30,953 nucleotides of DNA from an uncultured Bdellovibrionales bacterium (lineage in GTDB: Bacteria; Patescibacteriota; Minisyncoccia; Moranbacterales; DUUL01), in the NCBI GenBank assembly GCA_964599525.1, contig CAZRER010000001.1, positions 1-30,953 of the forward strand, read 5' to 3'. The notes under the pieces were generated by a model, which was given only the letters and a program-made list of their open reading frames with translations, did not search any database and was not told the origin of the DNA. Shown here piece by piece: positions 24,545 to 30,953 of this stretch; within the stretch, counting starts at the first letter, position 1, and each line of letters opens with the position of its first letter. The position numbers were made by a program, and so were the translations under genes.

Positions 24545-25234
24545 TTATTCTTCTTTATAGAATTTCCCATCTTTCAGCCAAACAACCCTATCAACATATT
24601 TTCTATCATCAGGCTCGTGGGTAACCATAATAATTGTTTGTTGGTATCTATCAACTAATTCTCGCATGGTTTTCAAAACAATTTCAGCCGCTTCCGAGTC
24701 AAGGTTAGCCGTAGGTTCATCGGCAAATAAAATTTTTGGTTTATTAATAATTGCCCTAGCAATTGACACCCTCTGTTGTTCTCCTCCCGAAAGATCTGCT
24801 GGTAAATAATTTTCTCGTCCATCTAATCCAACTCGTTTAATAATTTTATTCACCTCTCCGTCATACTTTAATTTTCTTTGTCCTAAGGCCATCAATGGTA
24901 GGGCTATATTTTCATAGACACTCAATTCTGGCAATAAAGCATAATCTTGAAAAATATATCCTATAGTCTCCAATCTAAATCTAGCCTTTTCAATCTCCGA
25001 CAATTTAGAAACATCTTTTCCGTCAATTTCAATATATCCTGAAGTTGGTTTATCTAAAAGGGCTAACTGATGTAAAAATGTTGATTTGCCACTACCACTT
25101 CTACCCATTAAAGCCATAAATTCCCCCTCTTTTAATTGCAAATTAACTCCACACAAAGCCTTAACCGGGCTAGCGCTATTAATATTATAAGTTTTTTTTA
25201 AATTTTTAGTTTTTAAAATATATTTTTCACCCAT
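24545..25234 (-). CDS. ABC transporter ATP-binding protein (MacB/LolD-like)
   Basis: GRSGSGKST, IGYIFQDY, LSGGEQQRVSIARA, LFADEPTANLD, MVTHE. Confidence 0.95.
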   Translation of the reverse strand: MGEKYILKTKNLKKTYNINSASPVKALCGVNLQLKEGEFMALMGRSGSGKSTFLHQLALLDKPTSGYIEIDGKDVSKLSEIEKARFRLETIGYIFQDYALLPELSVYENIALPLMALGQRKLKYDGEVNKIIKRVGLDGRENYLPADLSGGEQQRVSIARAIINKPKILFADEPTANLDSEAAEIVLKTMRELVDRYQQTIIMVTHEPDDRKYVDRVVWLKDGKFYKEE

Positions 25235-25247
25235 AAGCCTATTAAAT

Positions 25248-26480
25248 TTATTTCATTAAAACTAAAATCTTTTTATGGACCTCTTTCAAGGAAGGAACAA
25301 ATGAACCAATCAACCCAGCCAGAACAAATAAAATTACACTCATTTTCAAAGACTCTTTTTTAATAAAGGGGACCATATCTCCCATTGGAAAATTTATAGG
25401 GTGTGACTTGAAAAATCCAATAATTCCAAATTGCATCAAAACATATCCAAAAATAATACCAAGTAAAGTGTAAAACATTCCTTGAATAATATAAGAATAT
25501 CTAATAGTCCGTTCAGAGATACCAATGGCCTTTAAAATGCCAATTTGCTTTCTGCGGTTAACAATGTCCACAAATATAATAATAAATATCACTAACCCAG
25601 CTACCAAAGAACCAATAATTCTCAAAATCATCCCTATCATATCAAAAGATTTATTGATAGATTTTCCAAATGCTAGCTTAGTTTGATAATCACTGATATC
25701 GTACTTTCTTAATAAATTTATTTTAGAAAAATCTGTCAAAGCTTGCTTGGAATACTTTTTTTCCATCAACCGAACAATAATCTCACTAGATTCATTGATT
25801 GTTCCCAAAATAGAATTTAAATCATCACGAGTAACAATTATCTTGGAGTCAGTATCAAAATTTTTAGTTTTATAAATACCTACAATTTCATATTCGCGAC
25901 TAATACCATTATTATATTCTACCATAATTTTATCTCCACTCCGAACCCCCTCCAAATCAGTTGGAAAAACAGAACTGCCATAACCACCCGCAATGTCTGA
26001 TCCCAACATTGCTTTTCCATAATCACCCTTTCGTAAATAACGACCTTCCAATAAATGTGATTTTAAATCAATAGATTGATTTTCAGTTTGAGGATCAATA
26101 CCTATAACTCCTGCCGAAAAACTAGCCACATCACGACCATCTTTATTTTTATCATTAATTAAGATTGCCCCTGTCCGTAAATGAGTAGTTACACTTTTAA
26201 TATAATAAAAATCACGAATCGCCTCAACAATATTATTAGTTTGTTGAATATACTGATCTCCAGTCGCTGGCTCAATAATTACCTCTCCATATTGAAAATT
26301 TATTTTACCATTATCCATTGTTATCGCGATTCCCTTAAAAATAGCATCAATAAATAATAAATTTAAAAAAACAATCAACATAATAAAAACCGTTAAAACC
26401 AACGACCATTTATCACCACGCCAAAGAGTTTTAACGGCTAGAAATAAAGACAACTTAAAATTATTTATCCAAGATTTCAT
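25248..26480 (-). CDS. ABC transporter permease (MacB/LolE/FtsX-like)
   Basis: One N-terminal TM, large extracellular domain, three C-terminal TMs with RRKQIGILKAIG. Confidence 0.9.
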   Translation of the reverse strand: MKSWINNFKLSLFLAVKTLWRGDKWSLVLTVFIMLIVFLNLLFIDAIFKGIAITMDNGKINFQYGEVIIEPATGDQYIQQTNNIVEAIRDFYYIKSVTTHLRTGAILINDKNKDGRDVASFSAGVIGIDPQTENQSIDLKSHLLEGRYLRKGDYGKAMLGSDIAGGYGSSVFPTDLEGVRSGDKIMVEYNNGISREYEIVGIYKTKNFDTDSKIIVTRDDLNSILGTINESSEIIVRLMEKKYSKQALTDFSKINLLRKYDISDYQTKLAFGKSINKSFDMIGMILRIIGSLVAGLVIFIIIFVDIVNRRKQIGILKAIGISERTIRYSYIIQGMFYTLLGIIFGYVLMQFGIIGFFKSHPINFPMGDMVPFIKKESLKMSVILFVLAGLIGSFVPSLKEVHKKILVLMK

Positions 26481-26482
26481 AT

Positions 26483-27469
26483 CTATTTTAACTTAAAAAT
26501 CTGATCGTTTAGTTTTAGTCCAGATAATATTTCGATAAAATTGTCATCTTTCAAACCATCTTTAAAATATTTCTTTTCCAATTTAGTTTTTTGTGCAATA
26601 TCATTATTAACATAAACAAAATAACCCTGCCCATCTTTTTTAGCAAAATCCCTTGGTACCACTAATACATTTTTCTTTTGTTGAATAATAATATCAGCCT
26701 CAGCATTCATACCATCTAGAACTTGAATATCTTGCCAATCATGAACTATCACCTTAGCTTGAAAATAAGTATTATTTTGTTTCTTGGTGCTAGAGATATC
26801 AATAGAATTTATTGTGCCAAAAATTTTCTTATTCGGATAGGCATCTAGAGTAATAATTACTTTATCACCCTTATTCACTTTGGAAATATCAACTTCAGGA
26901 ATTAATAAATTCACTTCTAGACTTTCAGTATTTATAATACGCATCAATATTCCCTGGGCTACCTCACCAATTTTAATATTTTGCTCAATTACAACCCCGT
27001 CGATAGGAGAAACAATGTTCCCTCTACTCGCTTGAGCATAAACTTCATTTAATTTTTGTCTAGCTTGTTCAGTTGCTTTTTTAATACTTTTTTTGTCCTC
27101 CGGTTTTAACAATTTCCAATTATTATGTCTCCTTGCTTTCTTTTCAGTCAATTCCGCTCTTTCCACAGATAACTTGGCATTATTAATCTGGGCCTGAACT
27201 GATTTTTGATCTAATGTTAATAATTTTTGTCCCTTGGTAACTCTATCATTTTTTTCCACAAAAACATCTTTAACCAACACAGGCAATTCCGAAGAAATAT
27301 CTGCATACACAGCTGGTGCTATTTCGGCATCCACATTAATTTTACTCGTAACACTTTCCCGCCTAACTACCGTCTCGTCATAAATTGGTTTATTATTATG
27401 AGATTGAACATAAAAAATAATCCCACCCAAAAAACTTATTCCTAAGATTATAACTATAGCCTTTTTCAT
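26483..27469 (-). CDS. Membrane fusion / periplasmic adaptor protein (MacA/HlyD-like)
   Basis: N-terminal anchor, lipoyl halves (V.KNDRVTKGQKLL, IVSPIDGVV), helical hairpin, IPEVDISKVNKG, GMNAEADI, NVLVVP. Confidence 0.9.
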   Translation of the reverse strand: MKKAIVIILGISFLGGIIFYVQSHNNKPIYDETVVRRESVTSKINVDAEIAPAVYADISSELPVLVKDVFVEKNDRVTKGQKLLTLDQKSVQAQINNAKLSVERAELTEKKARRHNNWKLLKPEDKKSIKKATEQARQKLNEVYAQASRGNIVSPIDGVVIEQNIKIGEVAQGILMRIINTESLEVNLLIPEVDISKVNKGDKVIITLDAYPNKKIFGTINSIDISSTKKQNNTYFQAKVIVHDWQDIQVLDGMNAEADIIIQQKKNVLVVPRDFAKKDGQGYFVYVNNDIAQKTKLEKKYFKDGLKDDNFIEILSGLKLNDQIFKLK

Positions 27470-27470
27470 A

Positions 27471-28856
27471 TTATTTATTACCCCTTTTTTTAATTTGTTC
27501 TTTAATAACCTCCATGGCCTTTTTTAACTGTTTGTCATTCTTTTTCTTAATATCATCCAAAGTAAGCTCTACTTTTATTGTTGGTTCTATACCGATTTTA
27601 TTAATAGACTGTTTAGACGGTGTTAACCATTTGGCAATTGTCATTTTTAAGCTAGATCCTCCCGACAATGGCTCAAAAGACTGTACCGAACCCTTACCAA
27701 AAGTTTTTACCCCAACAAGCTCACTGTGCCGATCGTCACGCAAAGCTCCTGCTAAAATTTCTGAAGCACTAGCACTACCACCATCTACTAAAACTACTAC
27801 TGGAATATTAACAAATTCTTCCCCTCCAATAGCTTCGTAAGCTTTTTCATTCTTATTTCTATCTTGTTCCCAAAGAACCGTTTCTCCTTTTGGTACGAAT
27901 TTAGAAATAATATCTATAGCGACAGCTAAATTTCCACCAGGATTACTGCGCACATCCAAAACCATTCCCCGAGGATTATCTGCCAAAATTTTAGAAGTTA
28001 TTTTATCAAATTCTTCTGCCGTATCATCCATAAATCCCTTAATTCTAACATAGGCAACTCCCCCTTCTTTCTTTTCATACACCACACTTTTAATATCAAT
28101 TTCATCTCTAATAATTTTTATCTCACTAGCCTCTTTAGCCTTGCTATGCAAAACAGTTAGGGTTACTTCAGTACCTTTTTCCCCTCTAATCTTCTTAACT
28201 GCCTGTTCTATGGTCATATCATTGGTTAATTCATCGTTAACTTTAAGAATTTTATCACCAGCTAATATTCCTGCTTTCTGTGCTGGCATATCATCGATAG
28301 GTGCAATCACCGTTAATATTCCATCTTGCACAGTAAGCTCAGCTCCAATACCCGTAAATTTTCCATCCAATTCCGTTTTAAAAGCTTTACTTTCTTCTGG
28401 GTCAAAAAATATTGAATAAGGATCACCCAAAGAATTCACCATCCCCTTAATAGCTCCAAAAACTCTTTTTTGAGTATCCTTTGTGTCACTTTGATTAACA
28501 TAATTATTGTTAATTTTTCTCCAAACATCCCAGAAAATATCAAAATTAACTTTTTCTGGCTTATTTTCTTCAGGATCTTTAGCAAAAATATCCTTTGGGT
28601 TAGATAACCTTTGAATGAAATTTTTAGTACCATTGTCTACGCTCGATGATGGTACGGAAAGATGCTTTCCCCAAGCAACTCCAACATAAAAAACTCCTGT
28701 TAATATCACAATAGCCAAAAAATTATATTGAAAACCTTTTAAAGATTTTTTTAATTTATTACCTCTCCTATTTGGTTTATTGTCAACTAAATCATTCTCG
28801 TAACTTAATTGCTTATTTTCAACTTCTTTATCTATGAATTCTGTTTTATTTTCCAT
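27471..28856 (-). CDS. ctpA: Carboxy-terminal processing protease (S41 family, PDZ domain)
   Basis: LGDPYS, FTGIGAEL (PDZ), LDVRSNPGG, SASASEILAGAL (catalytic Ser), TFGKGSVQ, GIEP. Start moved to the ATG at 28856, 1 nt after the GT2 stop. Confidence 0.93.
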   Translation of the reverse strand: MENKTEFIDKEVENKQLSYENDLVDNKPNRRGNKLKKSLKGFQYNFLAIVILTGVFYVGVAWGKHLSVPSSSVDNGTKNFIQRLSNPKDIFAKDPEENKPEKVNFDIFWDVWRKINNNYVNQSDTKDTQKRVFGAIKGMVNSLGDPYSIFFDPEESKAFKTELDGKFTGIGAELTVQDGILTVIAPIDDMPAQKAGILAGDKILKVNDELTNDMTIEQAVKKIRGEKGTEVTLTVLHSKAKEASEIKIIRDEIDIKSVVYEKKEGGVAYVRIKGFMDDTAEEFDKITSKILADNPRGMVLDVRSNPGGNLAVAIDIISKFVPKGETVLWEQDRNKNEKAYEAIGGEEFVNIPVVVLVDGGSASASEILAGALRDDRHSELVGVKTFGKGSVQSFEPLSGGSSLKMTIAKWLTPSKQSINKIGIEPTIKVELTLDDIKKKNDKQLKKAMEVIKEQIKKRGNK

Positions 28857-28857
28857 T

Positions 28858-29706
28858 CTATTTAATATTAACCTTATTATAATACGCTCGATGTGGATCC
28901 TTTTTTCCAAAATATTTCCAAAAGTATATCATAGCACTCTTTATATGAATTCTTGTATATTTATTTAATAATACTGCTTGTAACACTCCTTTATTTTCAC
29001 TAGCTTTTCCGTGATAATGAGCTATTGTTACGGTGGGATTATAAACCACTCTGTAACCATTTTCCCAAAAACGTCGACACCAATCAACATCTTCAAAATA
29101 CATAAAAAATTTATTATCAAAGACTCCAACTTTATCAATAGATTCCCTAGAAACCATCATAGCCGAACCCATTACCCAATCAACATCAATAACTTTGTTT
29201 TTAAATATTTTATCTTTTAATAAAAATTTATTCAAATATTTTTTGCCAAATGAAGTGTTTTTTAAAAAAGTTCGTCGAAAAAGAATAGTTAAAGGTCTAT
29301 AAAACTTGAAAGCTGACAACTGCACTTTACCATCAAAATTAATTAATCGTGGAGCAACCAACCCAACATCTTTATTATCTTTTAAAAATATGAGAAGTTT
29401 TTGAATAGCCTCATCTTTAATAATAATATCATGATTAATTATAAATAAATATTCACCTTTAGCTCTTGCAATTCCCTGATTAGCCACCCTCCCAAACCCA
29501 ACATTTTTTTTATTAGGAATAAATGTCACATCTGAAAATTTTTCCTTCATTAAATCCATCGTCGACTCATTGGTATCGCTATCAGCCACTATTATCTCAT
29601 AATTAATTTTATTATCAATATTCTTTCTGATAGAATTAATACATAATTCTAATAATTCTACCTTTCTATATGCAGTTATAATAATTGAAAGTTCTTTATT
29701 TATCAT
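28858..29706 (-). CDS. GT2 family glycosyltransferase (WbbL-like)
   Basis: LSIIITAY, IIVADS, NVGFGRVANQG, VDWVMGSAMM, FFMYFEDVDWCRR. Confidence 0.92.
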   Translation of the reverse strand: MINKELSIIITAYRKVELLELCINSIRKNIDNKINYEIIVADSDTNESTMDLMKEKFSDVTFIPNKKNVGFGRVANQGIARAKGEYLFIINHDIIIKDEAIQKLLIFLKDNKDVGLVAPRLINFDGKVQLSAFKFYRPLTILFRRTFLKNTSFGKKYLNKFLLKDKIFKNKVIDVDWVMGSAMMVSRESIDKVGVFDNKFFMYFEDVDWCRRFWENGYRVVYNPTVTIAHYHGKASENKGVLQAVLLNKYTRIHIKSAMIYFWKYFGKKDPHRAYYNKVNIK

Positions 29707-29765
29707 AAAGTCTAGTTTGTTAATTTGAGAAACTTAGACGTTCTACATTTCTTTCATTTTCTCCA

Positions 29766-30953
29766 TTATTTGTCATCTATTGCTGGACTCTGATACTGCT
29801 TAACTGGTTTAATATTACTTTGTGGTGCTATTTCAAAAATATTCTCACAAACATTTTGCATCTCTGAATAATTATCATAGCCAGCCCTAGGAACGAGTAT
29901 AAATCCAACTTGCTTTGGGGCATTTTGTGGCACCATTAACAACCCCTCTGGAGAATTTTCGAATACCCGTTGAACAATTTCTGGATTATCCATTTTAGAA
30001 TATCGTGAATAAAATTTCTTCATTTCCCCAGCCGACATATCTGTTCCGACATTACGACCCAGAGTGTTTAATATGGCATTCACTTTTCCGAAACTGGTTA
30101 AAGTACCCATCGATGCCAACTTATTTTTAAGCAAGCTTAAAACAACTTGCTGTCTTTTGGCTCTTTCATAATCATTAGATGTCATTCTAGAACGTACAAA
30201 ACAAAGAGCTGTTTCACCATTTAAATGATTTTTACCTGCTGGTAAACTAAATACACCACCGCACTCTTCATCATGATTGTAGCAAAGAGGATATTCAGCG
30301 ACAACTTTCCCCCGGTGATCTATTTTTTTCTGAGTTCGACCAGACTTAATTGTAAAAACTTTTGTATCACATACATGCTCCTGATGAAATTGTAATGGTT
30401 CAGAGAATGCTTCTTTTAATTCAATGTCTATCCCACCGACAGCATCTATCAATTGTTCAAATCCAGCAAAATTAATTGTAACTACATAATGTATAGGTTG
30501 CCCAGTTACTTCATGGACAATCTGCTTCATATATTTAATTCCCCCACCTTTTTCTTTCTCTTCCCCTACTGCATAAACTGAATTTATTTTAGAATGATAA
30601 TTTTCTCCGGGAATTTTTACATACAAATCTCTAGGAATAGAAATTAAAGCTACCTTATTCTCATCTTTTTTAAATGAAGCCAACATTATTGTATCCGCCA
30701 ATAAACCGCCCCCTGTTACACCTTCTCCTCTCATGCCCAACAATAAAACATTCGTACGACCATTTTCCGCTACAATATTATCATTACTAACCACTCCCCT
30801 AAGACTATCCAAAATAGAACCATCTTTACCAGATATTTTATTAAGTATTGATCCAGTTTTATATGAAAAGGCTGTCATCCCTAGAACAAGAATTACTACT
30901 ACTATACCCACCCAAAATAATATTCTTTTATAAAACTTCTTTTTTTTATTTGG
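29766..30953 (-). CDS. LytR-CpsA-Psr (LCP) family protein, 5'-truncated by window edge
   Basis: NVLLLG, LADTIML, ISIPRDLYV, KINSVY, INFAGFEQLIDAVGG, ALCFVRSR, DYERAKRQQ. The frame stays open from 30911 to 30953 (PNKKKKFYKRILFWV...). Confidence 0.92.
   Translation of the reverse strand, partial: PNKKKKFYKRILFWVGIVVVILVLGMTAFSYKTGSILNKISGKDGSILDSLRGVVSNDNIVAENGRTNVLLLGMRGEGVTGGGLLADTIMLASFKKDENKVALISIPRDLYVKIPGENYHSKINSVYAVGEEKEKGGGIKYMKQIVHEVTGQPIHYVVTINFAGFEQLIDAVGGIDIELKEAFSEPLQFHQEHVCDTKVFTIKSGRTQKKIDHRGKVVAEYPLCYNHDEECGGVFSLPAGKNHLNGETALCFVRSRMTSNDYERAKRQQVVLSLLKNKLASMGTLTSFGKVNAILNTLGRNVGTDMSAGEMKKFYSRYSKMDNPEIVQRVFENSPEGLLMVPQNAPKQVGFILVPRAGYDNYSEMQNVCENIFEIAPQSNIKPVKQYQSPAIDDK

Overview
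Low-GC bacterial chromosome segment that looks like Patescibacteria/CPR (Parcubacteria-like; inferred from gene content, compact AT-rich spacers and scarcity of Shine-Dalgarno motifs). It uses standard code 11 and most genes are on the minus strand. The left 6.9 kb is a deoxynucleotide-metabolism cluster: three divergent P-loop dNMP-kinase-like paralogs (one missed by the ORF track at the left edge), dCMP deaminase, tandem-domain ThyX, Tmk and a MazG-like NTP pyrophosphatase. The MazG-like gene sits between the decayed N- and C-terminal remnants of a trimeric dUTPase (dut) gene. The cluster also holds an internally deleted HAD hydrolase and an inverted orphan gene. The rest is mostly housekeeping: rny, two tandem membrane-anchored lysozyme-like proteins, rel, yidD, corA, DUF167, two basic hypotheticals, an NrdG-type radical SAM activase, ftsK, a conserved hypothetical, GtrA, split comEC, tRNA-Lys(CTT) with a duplicated 3' end, tRNA-Arg(TCG), and an LCP-GT2-CtpA-MacAB-like operon that runs off the right edge. 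Non-coding structure includes 7/8-mer tandem arrays (one inside a coding sequence), long 2-nt-loop palindromes and a GC-rich structured intergenic segment. No CRISPR array, rRNA, transposase or integrase was seen. All calls come from reading motifs by eye; no database search was run.
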